From Nitrosopumilus sp. (GTDB taxonomy: Archaea > Thermoproteota > Nitrososphaeria > Nitrososphaerales > Nitrosopumilaceae): a DNA stretch of 64,000 nucleotides. Made by a program: the position numbers and the translations under genes. Below the pieces are notes generated by a model. That model worked only from the letters and a program-made list of their open reading frames with translations, had not been told where the DNA came from and made no database searches. Location of the stretch: contig OZ245040.1 in the NCBI GenBank assembly GCA_965224195.1, positions 1,472,001 to 1,536,000 of the forward strand, given 5' to 3'. Shown here one piece after another: positions 37,562 through 46,928 of this stretch (position 1 is the stretch's first letter; every line of letters starts with the position of its first letter).

Positions 37562-37773
37562 TTTTATAGTTATCATAATATTGTCAGAATCTTTTATTTT
37601 ATAGTTATCAGAATCTTTTATTTTATAGCTGTCATAATATTGTCAGAATCTTTTATTTTATAGCTGTCATAATATTGTCAGAATCTTTTATTTTATAGCT
37701 GTCATAATATTGTCAGAATCTTTTATTTTATAGCTGTCATAATATTGTCAGAATCTTTTATTTTATAGTTATC
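37562..37773. repeat. 35-bp VNTR (about 5 full units plus 1 partial, no spacers)
   Basis: tcataatattgtcagaatcttttattttatagctg repeated head to tail. Confidence 0.92.
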
Positions 37774-39314
37774 ACTAATGGCTAAAGTAAAATTATATTT
37801 TCCTATAACATCAGGTGTGAATTTAGACACAGATTGAGTCGGGTTTGTTATTTTTGAATCTGTCAAAGTGCTTTGTATTGGAACATTGCCAAATATTTCC
37901 CACACATAATCCAAAGAATGATTTAAAGAATCCTTACTTTTAGAACCGTCAAGTATTATTTCAGCAGAGTTTAGAGTAAAATTAGCGGTACCATCAGTGT
38001 AGGTTTCATTCTCCCCAGCATTTGCATGAATTGAAGATATTGCAACATTTGATGAATTATTGCCTGACTTTCTGCCATCACTAACAGCTAGGTTAAATTC
38101 AAACATACCTGCAATATCAGGAATTGTAAAAGTTGGTTTTGCAATTGTTTTATTCATTAGAACATCTAAACCTTTTATTTGTGTCCAAGTATAGAATAAC
38201 TTTGAATCATCTTGATCATTGCTTTTAGAACCATCCAAAGTTATCAATGCACCACTTGGAAAATGCCCTCCAGTTCCAGCGTCAGCTACTGGTGGATTGT
38301 TAAAAGAACCTTTAGCAATTGGCAGTACATAAAATGAAACCAGCTTGTTATCTCTTTGTTTCCCAAACACAGAATTTATCTCCAAAGTGTATTGCCCACG
38401 AGTGTTGGAATTATCCGGTACAAGCCAGCTGTTAGCATATGAGCCAGATGCAGAAGTCACACCTTTGAATTTATGAACTGTTTGGCCATCAGGATTCTTT
38501 ATGGTTCCATCTATTGCAACATCAGATAGTACATTTCCTACAAAAGAGTTGTAGTCATCAACATATTGATGCGTGCATCATCAGTAACTAGTATATCATA
38601 TCGCAGCGTATTTTTCCACTCTACATGATGCGGAACAGAAATGTATACCTTTGTTTTCTGTACTGTATTTACAACATCTTTTTTTGGATCCTACTTTGCC
38701 GTCTTTTTAAAATCATCAGTTATCAATTTCATACCCGTCTGTTTTTGTGATTCCTTCCAGTCCTCCATAATGCCATGAGATGTCTTGCCATTCATATTCT
38801 TTGTATTTTGCTCTGCAATTCTTTCCAGCCTGTCATCTGATATCTTTTTTGCCTCTGCTGTTTTTCTCTCCTTTTCTAGCAATTGTTTTTCTTTAAAAGC
38901 CATGTCATGTTCAGACTTGACAGACTCTAAAGTTTTTTGATTCATTTCATCCAACAGATTGCGCTGTGCAGTGTTTTTTGCAGGCTCTGATACATCAGAC
39001 AAGAACCTCAATCTGACGCCATCATCATCATCTGCAAGCTTTGCAATTATCAGATACTTGTAATCTGCTACTTGTTTTGCCAGAATTTTTATATCATTAT
39101 CAAATATGTACAGCTTTTGATTTTTATAAATTAACTTTATGTCATCCCATGAATACTGGACATCCTTGTGTGTTATCTTGCCTGATGTTGTATCGCCCTG
39201 AATCTGCATGTGTATTTTAGAATCATGATGCGACCCCCTGATATCTTCAGAGTAAGATAACGGAATAAAACTGGACAAAATTAGCAATGCCATAAAAACA
39301 TAAAGCAGTGCCAT
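37723..39314 (-). pseudogene. Secreted protein with PKD/K319L-like domains, split by frameshifts
   Basis: Signal peptide in 38691-39314; NNPPVADAG...ITLDGSKS..D...YTWTQ in 37723-38460; coding-like linker at 38460-38690 in shifted frames. Confidence 0.65.
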
Positions 39315-39481
39315 GTGGTCTTGTTACTGCGTGATTATATCTGCATTGTGCTTTAGTCTGACACATCAAAGATACATCATAATAAAATTAATGATATGTT
39401 GTGATGTTTTTTATTTAATTCGTGCTATATCAGTGAGATCAAGACATGTGCGGGATGATAAGAACAAGCTAGGATCGCCAA

Positions 39482-39829
39482 TCATCCTAGCTTGTCATAT
39501 ATGATTTTTGTAAACTGCCCAACCATTGCAGGGTTTGGGGCCTCGTCATATCTCTTGAGGGCATGCAAAACTCTCTGATTAATTTTGTACAAGAGCACGG
39601 CATTTGCATCAATGACACTGCACGTCTCAGAATCCAAGTCGCCAGGCGGCGTTTTATTCTCAAGATCAATGCGTCTCTTCTCCATGTGAACCTGGTTGTC
39701 AGACTTGCCACAGCTTTGGTCTTTGCACCAGTGATCATTTACTTTGTATATGGCATCACCGGCTCTGATTTGTACGCTGCAGACCTTGCAGGTGCTGTCA
39801 AACCTTGAGGCCATGGATACGGCAGACAT
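39482..39829 (-). CDS. Zinc-binding hypothetical protein, virus-like
   Basis: ASRFDSTCKVC...I..GD.I......WC...C; abuts the nuclease gene. Confidence 0.7.
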   Translation of the reverse strand: MSAVSMASRFDSTCKVCSVQIRAGDAIYKVNDHWCKDQSCGKSDNQVHMEKRRIDLENKTPPGDLDSETCSVIDANAVLLYKINQRVLHALKRYDEAPNPAMVGQFTKIIYDKLG

Positions 39830-40528
39830 TTAGTTTATCCTCCTCAAAAACTCTAGATATTTTGTTGGCGAGTTGTCAGTTGATTCAGGCAAATAAAACA
39901 TTTGGATTGTCTCAAGCATCTCATCTGCATAGTCTGCAAACTTTACCTTGTGTATCCTGCACTTTCCGTCCTCACATGACTCTATGATGACGATTTGATT
40001 TGCAACAAAATTTGTCTCCTCATAATGCATAAAGGCATACATTGCAGCCTGCAGATACCACACGTCCCGTCGTTTGCCGTAGCGAGGCTTTCGCGTCGTC
40101 TTAAAATCAATGACGGATGAGACGCCATCATATGCTGCAATGACATCTGCAGTTCCGGCCACTTTCAGGGTGTCAGACTTCATAATTTTTTCCAGTCCCC
40201 GAACATCGGATATTTTATTGAGATGTTCTGAAATCTGTGACACGTGTGCTGATGCAACCAGGCCCAGCTTTGTCACATTTAGTCCTGAAAGTTTTTCATA
40301 GAGAGCCTGATGTACTGCTGTTCCAATTTTTGCCGCATTGTTTCGTCTGTCATTTAATGCTTCTTGCGACAGATTCACATATTGCATCCAGGACTTGTCC
40401 TGCATCGAATCAAGCAGGGTTGTAGCTGATGCATAGATTGAATCATCATGAGAGTAATATCGAAAATCATTCTCATCATGACAAATTATTTTTTCCTCTT
40501 GAATTTGTATTTGATTCATATCTATCAT
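39830..40528 (-). CDS. PD-(D/E)XK exonuclease (viral, Cas4/RecB-like)
   Basis: RYY...SATT, GTAVH, E, AGTAD, VIDFKT, LQAAMYA motifs. Confidence 0.85.
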   Translation of the reverse strand: MIDMNQIQIQEEKIICHDENDFRYYSHDDSIYASATTLLDSMQDKSWMQYVNLSQEALNDRRNNAAKIGTAVHQALYEKLSGLNVTKLGLVASAHVSQISEHLNKISDVRGLEKIMKSDTLKVAGTADVIAAYDGVSSVIDFKTTRKPRYGKRRDVWYLQAAMYAFMHYEETNFVANQIVIIESCEDGKCRIHKVKFADYADEMLETIQMFYLPESTDNSPTKYLEFLRRIN

Positions 40529-40605
40529 ATACTAATACAGTATATATATACCTATTCAGTATATTTACCCATTATGTATATATATGACAAGGAATAAAAA
40601 ATAAT

Positions 40606-40749
40606 ATGAGTAAAAAAGTAGATGGCGACTACTACAGGCATGAGTGCAACAGATGTACATTCATTTGGTACAGCTTGAATTCAAACCCAGGCACATGCAA
40701 CAACCAGTACTGCAGATCTCCATACTGGAATAAAAAGAGAGTAAGATAA
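40606..40749 (+). CDS. 47-aa zinc-ribbon protein (CxxC...CxxxxCRSPYW)
   Basis: Manual translation: MSKKVDGDYYRHECNRCTFIWYSLNSNPGTCNNQYCRSPYWNKKRVR. Confidence 0.75.
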   Translation: MSKKVDGDYYRHECNRCTFIWYSLNSNPGTCNNQYCRSPYWNKKRVR

Positions 40750-41195
40750 AAAAGAAGGCGATGATGAGAGCCGTGACTTTTGATTCTCCTCATTTTAAAA
40801 AATGATCTGAATCATTTCCCGAGCCTTCTTCTTTTTTAACATTCATAAAATCTTATAAATTCTTCTATGAAAGTTCGATTCAAACTGGCTTTCTTTTGCA
40901 AAAGCTCCGTCTTCTATTTTGTTTTTTAATGGGGCCTCACCAGGAGGTGAGGAAATTATGAGCATGTTTGTTTGCTTGCTTGCCTGCCCTAGCTTCAATA
41001 TTTTGCTTCAATGGGGGCCGTAACAACAATACGGAATATTTGCATGATTGACCTGCATATGGCGGCATGTTTCAATCTTGCTTTAAACGGCCCGCCTGTC
41101 TACAGCATCATTTCACTTGGGCATAAAACTATCAAATCTGGCAGTTTTCTTAAATTTGCGGGATTAATTTTTCAGGCTTTAAAACTGAAAATGAA

Positions 41196-41330
41196 TTAAT
41201 TGAATTCAATAATCTCTAAATCTTCACTCCAAGATACAATTACTGTTTGGATTTCTTGTCCATCTGTATTTTGAGTGGATTGTGTGATAACTACTGGTGT
41301 CTCATCAGTAAGAGCATGTACTTGATTCAT
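41196..41330 (-). CDS. 44-aa acidic small protein
   Basis: MNQVHALTDETPVVITQSTQNTDGQEIQTVIVSWSEDLEIIEFN. Confidence 0.45.
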   Translation of the reverse strand: MNQVHALTDETPVVITQSTQNTDGQEIQTVIVSWSEDLEIIEFN

Positions 41331-41382
41331 TATAATAAATAAAATTCATACATTATTTAAGACTTGCTCGGTTATTGTGAGA

Positions 41383-41922
41383 TTACTGTTTTGGCAGAGT
41401 AACCTGTATTGACGCCTGTGCATTAATATTGTATATTCTGTCACCGTCTGCATTATAGACTTTAGTTCTGGAGATACCTCCCAAAGTAGAATGTATTAGA
41501 ACACGAGTATTATCATCTAAAATATATTCATTCACCTCATATGAGATGGTATCGTATTGAGAATTTTCAACTTCAATATTTTTTATTAAATCTTCTTCAG
41601 TCCATTTAGTTTGATTTTTCTCTCCTTGTAATGAAACATCACATAACATGACAGTAACCATTTTAATATTCACAGAATAATTCTTTTTACCATCTTTCTC
41701 AAAATACCATGCAGACTCTAATATAACTCGTGTTTTCAATTTACTGCCATCTCTAAGACCATATTTATTCCAAGGTTCTTTAACTATCTCAAAATCTAGA
41801 TAATTTCTAGTATCTGCCATATTTGTTCTTATTATTTTGTACTTTAAAATGTTTATGATAGTGCTTAAGCTCCTTTTCAATATCTGAGAGTTGCGTATAA
41901 AATTCATCATTTTTTGCAGCAA
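41383..41922 (-). CDS. Hypothetical protein with an internal tandem beta-domain repeat (likely start MADTRN)
   Basis: KEPWNKYGLRDGSKL is echoed by YEVNEYILDDNTRV. Confidence 0.65.
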   Translation of the reverse strand: MLQKMMNFIRNSQILKRSLSTIINILKYKIIRTNMADTRNYLDFEIVKEPWNKYGLRDGSKLKTRVILESAWYFEKDGKKNYSVNIKMVTVMLCDVSLQGEKNQTKWTEEDLIKNIEVENSQYDTISYEVNEYILDDNTRVLIHSTLGGISRTKVYNADGDRIYNINAQASIQVTLPKQ

Positions 41923-41969
41923 ATGCTTTTTCTAAATTTTTCTTACTTTTCATAATATCCTACCATTTC

Positions 41970-42155
41970 TCATTTACTACCAGCCTCAAGAGACACTTTA
42001 TTTTTACACATCTTGAATAGCAATGAATTAGGACTAGCTAATGATTTAATAATTGGTTTAGGTATTCTGCAAATCAAACTTTCTGATCCATCTCGATTCT
42101 TGTTTTTACTTAGAGATACATCAAATTCCTTGGCATCTTTTGCCCACCTTGTCAT
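41970..42155 (-). CDS. AbrB-like small DNA-binding protein
   Basis: MTRW..DAKEF.VS......CRIPKPII..L..PN.L.F pattern. Confidence 0.6.
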   Translation of the reverse strand: MTRWAKDAKEFDVSLSKNKNRDGSESLICRIPKPIIKSLASPNSLLFKMCKNKVSLEAGSK

Positions 42156-42536
42156 GATGAAATATTCTCATAAAACTATATAAAATAACCGATCTGTTAA
42201 ACTTGACGGTGATAACAAGTGGAAAACCATAATTCAAAACTCCATCTAATAGGTCTCCAAGATGTTACAGAACCATGCAACACTAGCTTGAAATGGGAGC
42301 AAATTGCTCAAAAGGATTCAAGATGCAAGGCAGTGGATGCAAAATGGTTCTGCAAGCTTGTCAAGACCTGAACTGTAAATCTTGTTCTGAATCGTCTTCA
42401 TGCATGTTTGAATTCTTTACACAGGAATTCCAGGATTGCTAATTTGTCATGGATTATTTTGGATAACTTGATTGTCTTTCTCAATAATTATATGAAATTA
42501 GTTTTGGCGGCAATAGGTTTGCAATCACCTTGATTG

Positions 42537-43154
42537 TTATTTTTGGTAGGGTTTAATCCAATCAAACCTTACTGGTCCCTCATTTAAAATACCAGTCATA
42601 AATTTACAGCGTCTACTAAGGTCTGAAAAATATGCACGTGTAGCAGGAGTTATTTCTTTTTGAACAGCAACATCATCATTATCATCTGATGTGTTCAGGT
42701 GTTGAGACTTATCCCCTAAAACATTCTCCCATGTGTTGTAACTGCTATTCAGTTTATCAGCACATTCATCAATGCGTTGGCATATATTTTTGACATATTT
42801 TATCTCATCCAAACTTAATTTTATCAATGATCCGCTGTCTTCAATGGCTTTCCAGAAATTAAATTCCAGCGGTATGTAAAATTTCGCTACTATTTTCTTA
42901 TCCATTTTTTTAGAAACCAATTCCTTTACAAAAGACTGAATATTTTTTTCAGATTCCAAACAAGGTTCTACAAGTGCCAAATGCTTATCCATGATAACAC
43001 AAAGTCGTTTAAAGTCATCTCGCAACAGCTGTTTTATTTTTTTTATCTCTCTTTGGTCCTTTTTACGCTCCCAAAAAATTGAAATAAAAAACCCAAAGCC
43101 AGCTCCAAGTACTGCTCCAATAAATGCAATTCCAAGTGCTTCAAGGGCCGTCAT
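42537..43154 (-). CDS. Membrane-anchored helical hypothetical protein, copy 2
   Basis: Paralog of 32379-33011. Confidence 0.8.
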   Translation of the reverse strand: MTALEALGIAFIGAVLGAGFGFFISIFWERKKDQREIKKIKQLLRDDFKRLCVIMDKHLALVEPCLESEKNIQSFVKELVSKKMDKKIVAKFYIPLEFNFWKAIEDSGSLIKLSLDEIKYVKNICQRIDECADKLNSSYNTWENVLGDKSQHLNTSDDNDDVAVQKEITPATRAYFSDLSRRCKFMTGILNEGPVRFDWIKPYQK

Positions 43155-43684
43155 CTATTGGCGTTTCACCTATATGTCTAATGAGTTTTCTGCATTGCAT
43201 TATCTATAAGAATATTTTTAAAGGTTCTGTTGCGTTAGTGGGTGTTAGGTACAAATTTTTACACTGTTACATCTTAGGTCGTTTTAGCTAATTTCTGAGA
43301 TTTTGAATTGGTGTTACATTCGGTTGGTGAACTGTTACGTTAGGGTGTTACTTTAAACAACAAAACTAGGCTATTTTTTTAGTAAAAAATTTTACTCTGT
43401 AATTAAGAATCATCTCTCGTCTTTTCTGAGCATTTTACCAGTAGTGCAGAATGTAATAGAGGAATCATCATTGCTTGGATCATTCTGAGCCAGGGGACAA
43501 GGGAATAGAGAACTGATGCATATAGTAATATAATAACCAATATAATGACCAATCATTAGCCAAACTCATGGGCCGTAATCATATAATTTTGTGTTTGTGT
43601 ATTCATGTTCCACTCCCGATTGCGGCCCCATTGATGCATTAAAAATAAATTAACCTAGCATAAAGTCAACTCTTGATCAAGTGT

Positions 43685-43993
43685 CTATTTGATTCTCTTT
43701 ACGACTTGAACCGTCTGCAGCTGTCTTCTGTTTTTCGTGTTGCGCGGCCTTGTCCTTAGCACAAAATTACAGCATGGACAGTGCTTGCCATTCCAGTACA
43801 TGAAAACCTCGCATATGGAGCACATCTTTTGTCCTTGGATGTAGCGATTAATACCATGAACTCTTTTTGCCTTGTGTCGAGTGCAGGTTCCCTTGCAGGT
43901 CATAGTGAAGTTATGCCAGAAAATACAATTTATAAATCTTGGAGTATCATTCATCTGGACTAGATAATTCAATACACTAATGTAATGATTCAC
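43685..43993 (-). CDS. Cys-rich zinc-finger protein, copy 2
   Basis: Paralog of 31804-32112. Confidence 0.75.
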   Translation of the reverse strand: MNHYISVLNYLVQMNDTPRFINCIFWHNFTMTCKGTCTRHKAKRVHGINRYIQGQKMCSICEVFMYWNGKHCPCCNFVLRTRPRNTKNRRQLQTVQVVKRIK

Positions 43994-44189
43994 TAATGTA
44001 ATGATTCACCAACCTAACGCAACACTAGCTTGAAATGGGGGCAAATTACTCAAAACGATTCAAGATTCCAGTTAAAACAGATGGTTTCATCATATATCCA
44101 CCAACACAAATCATCTTCTGCAAATACATAATCATGTGAATGGTATACTTGCAATATGGTTATTTAACCTTAGCCCCTTATAGTACAAT

Positions 44190-44432
44190 GTGAAGTTAAG
44201 TTTTGGTAACAAGTTGTTTTTGATTGGTGTTGCAGTTGTAGCTGTTACGATTATTAGTTTGGGTCTTATTGAGACATGTGTATGTCAGGGAGGAGGTGTG
44301 GTAGATTGTGTTCCTCTTACACTTGATGATGTAGGATGCCTTGAATACAGTCAACTAAAATGCAGTAATTTTTGGAGTGATATTTTAAAATTATTATTTT
44401 TGGAAATTTTTAGAATTTATGCTGCTGGATGA
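44190..44432 (+). CDS. Small Cys-rich membrane protein
   Basis: N-terminal TM, five Cys, hydrophobic C-terminus. Confidence 0.5.
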   Translation: MKLSFGNKLFLIGVAVVAVTIISLGLIETCVCQGGGVVDCVPLTLDDVGCLEYSQLKCSNFWSDILKLLFLEIFRIYAAG

Positions 44433-44657
44433 ATAAACATGGCAGTCTCACTATGCAGGTTATCATTATTTACGGCATAGATATCAACAGTATAACCCTT
44501 ATCAAGGTTGTTTGTGAGATACCTGTGGTTAACTGCAGCAGATATTTGTTACAATCTTTCTAGAAATTTTGTGCTAATATCCTCAATTATAGACATGTCA
44601 AGTTTTTCAGAATGTATATGGTGTATTGTAACATAGTCCATTTCTAATTAATTTTCT

Positions 44658-44894
44658 TTATTTGGGAATAGTTGTTTCTTTTGATTGAGCTTTTCTAAAA
44701 TAGAAAATTACTATCGTAGTAAAGTTGGTTGATAAAACACCCAAAACTAACAACATGATCTGGTTCTCCCCAGTAATTGGATGGGTTAAAACATAATAAA
44801 TTACAAATCCCAAAAATGTAGTTAATGCTATTGCGATTGCACTTCGAGTTGTAATTTTATCCAAAATCAATTTTTGTAAACTAGAATCAGGCAA
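44658..44894 (-). CDS. Small 2-TM protein, holin-like topology
   Basis: Two hydrophobic helices followed by a basic tail (FYFRKAQ). Confidence 0.55.
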   Translation of the reverse strand: MPDSSLQKLILDKITTRSAIAIALTTFLGFVIYYVLTHPITGENQIMLLVLGVLSTNFTTIVIFYFRKAQSKETTIPK

Positions 44895-45262
44895 TGGAAA
44901 AAAATATCATCTGCCAATAAAGGTATTATCACAAATCTATGTTTGATACCTTAAACTATTCTTAAAGATTATATCAATTGAAATTGAAATAGGTCTTATT
45001 AATTCATTAATTATTGTAATTTACAATGACGACAAACATGACAAAATCACTAGTTATGTTTGCTATGTTACCATTACTTATGGCCAGTTTGGTGGTGGGG
45101 AGTCTACGTATACAATTGGCATAACTAATAATATGCCCAATCTTTTTTTATAAAATATTATTCTATTGTCATTTATGCATAGCCATATTTTATACCAGTG
45201 GAGGATTATTTATTTTTAGTTCAGCTGTTACTAAGAATCGATTCTATCAAGGGATGACACTA

Positions 45263-46328
45263 GATGAGTTGCGCAATTGCAAGCAAAAATCTAACTTTTC
45301 TATCATTTAATTTTTAATTTTATGGAATTGTAATGAATTCTTCTTTCCATTTAATCTTGAAACTGACAGTCCCACAAACAATTTCACTTATCACATCATA
45401 TCTGCATAATTTGTTTCTAAACACATCGCGATTTATCCGAAATTGCCTGACTTGTGCAATGACACGTCCAACTTTTATTCTAATTTTTGACTGCATCCTG
45501 TTCCACTCCTTTTGAGCAACAGTCAATTTTTTTCCTTTCTTTTTCTTGCATGGCAAAACACTTGCCTGTTCTGGAAAGTCTTTTTCCATCCCCAAATATC
45601 CAGGATCATAAGACTGCAGCAACCCTTCAGACAATGTTGGATGCCTTGGTTTGTAAATTCCGTAATCATGATGGCTGCCAGGCGAATGTGCAGATTTGTG
45701 GATTGTTATCCCATCAGGATTTATGGCAATTTGATTTTGTACTGCATGTTTTTTCTTTTTGCCTGAATGGCGTGCCTTTCTTTTCTTTTTGTTTTTTGGT
45801 CTTGGGATGGGCTGTTCTGTGCCATCAGTGATTGCAATTAATTCCGGAAAGAATTCTTGCAATTCCTGCATGCCGTTAATCTTTTTTGAATCTGCATATT
45901 TTTTGGCAGCAATTATAATGGACTGCTTCACTGCAGGCTCCAAACATCTGATGTTTCTCATTACGTTTGGTTTGTCCAAATCAAATGTCATCCCTGGCAT
46001 GTCATATGTTGTGTACATTCTGTAGTACATGAAAAACATTAGAATTCTGCCTTTGAAGGACAAGTCAAACTTGTGTCCTGCACCAATGTCCCTTTCTCTG
46101 TTTTTGGACAGTCCCTTTTGTTCTGCAGTTTTGCAATTTTTCTTTGTTTCTTTGTATGGGGAATCAAACTGTGGAACGGTTAGTCCTGCTATTGGCAGGA
46201 ATTGCTTTGGTTTTTTTGCCAGTTTGTGCAATTAAACATGAATTGAAAATAATTCAGCCTTAGCTTTGGATCTTATGATTAGAAAATGTTGAGATTATGC
46301 TCAAATTGGACTAATTGCACAACTCATC
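45263..46328 (-). mobile_element. IS5-family (ISL2-like) insertion sequence with 16-bp TIRs and TA flanks
   Basis: ta-gatgagttgcgcaatt (45261) and aattgcacaactcatc-ta (46330), 1 mismatch. Confidence 0.88.
45320..46231 (-). pseudogene. IS5-family DDE transposase, probably inactive
   Basis: TDGTEQPIPRP, HD, DPGYLG. The third catalytic motif reads RIKVGRVI (E to G) and the start is degraded. Confidence 0.8.
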
Positions 46329-46774
46329 TATTGTTGATAGTTTACAGTGCAAGTGTAAAAATTAACATCTTCTTTGAATTTGTATTGAATTTCAAAAGAT
46401 ATAGGTAATTCATTGTCTTGTAAGAAAATATCTATGAAAACCTGTTTAATTTGATGAACGTCAAATGGCTTATGAATTATAGGAATGTTCAACAAGTTAA
46501 GGAGAGGAGAATCATATACGTTCAGATCTCCACTAATTATAATAAATTTAGCCTTTGAATCCAGATCCTTAATATTTTCAATAGCATAGTATCCATCATA
46601 TCTAGGCATTTGCAAATCAGACAAAACTAAATCAGGTTTGTGTTTCTTATACAACTCTACTGCATCTTTGCCATCATTACCAGTTGCAAGTATTTCTACA
46701 CCAACTACATGCAATAAGTCTGAAAATACATCTACAATATCCTGATCATCATCGATCAGTATACAGTTAACCAT
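46328..46774 (-). CDS. Response regulator receiver protein, ending at the IS border
   Basis: LIDDD, PDLVLSDLQMP..DG, KPF. The TAG stop is formed by the TA flank plus the first IS base. Confidence 0.88.
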   Translation of the reverse strand: MVNCILIDDDQDIVDVFSDLLHVVGVEILATGNDGKDAVELYKKHKPDLVLSDLQMPRYDGYYAIENIKDLDSKAKFIIISGDLNVYDSPLLNLLNIPIIHKPFDVHQIKQVFIDIFLQDNELPISFEIQYKFKEDVNFYTCTVNYQQ

Positions 46775-46928
46775 GTAAAACGAGCCTCAAATTTAAAATC
46801 ATATTTTATTCTAATATGTTACTCATACTTCAGGTCATTATATTATTTTATTAAATCCCAAACTTGGGAATGTCATTAGGCGTAATATTCTATTAAAAAT
46901 TAGTAATCATTAAAAATCAAATAGCAGA

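Larger units (their letters stand above)
16800..46330. mobile_element. Mosaic genomic island with proviral and transposon remnants (left border approximate)
   Basis: No housekeeping genes; patchy base composition, duplications, pseudogenes, defence and surface genes, IS at the right border. No integrase seen. Confidence 0.8.

Noticed and set aside
37562-37773. CRISPR array (35-bp repeats near a Cas4-like gene)
   Set aside because: The units are contiguous with no unique spacers, derive from coding sequence, and no cas1/cas2 is present.
39830-40528. Casposon or CRISPR-associated Cas4
   Set aside because: It lacks the four-Cys Fe-S pattern, and there is no Cas1 or PolB nearby.
32379-43154. 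DGR template/variable repeat pair
   Set aside because: Only about half of the mismatches fall at coding-strand adenines of one copy (manual count), both copies are full genes, and there is no reverse transcriptase in the window.
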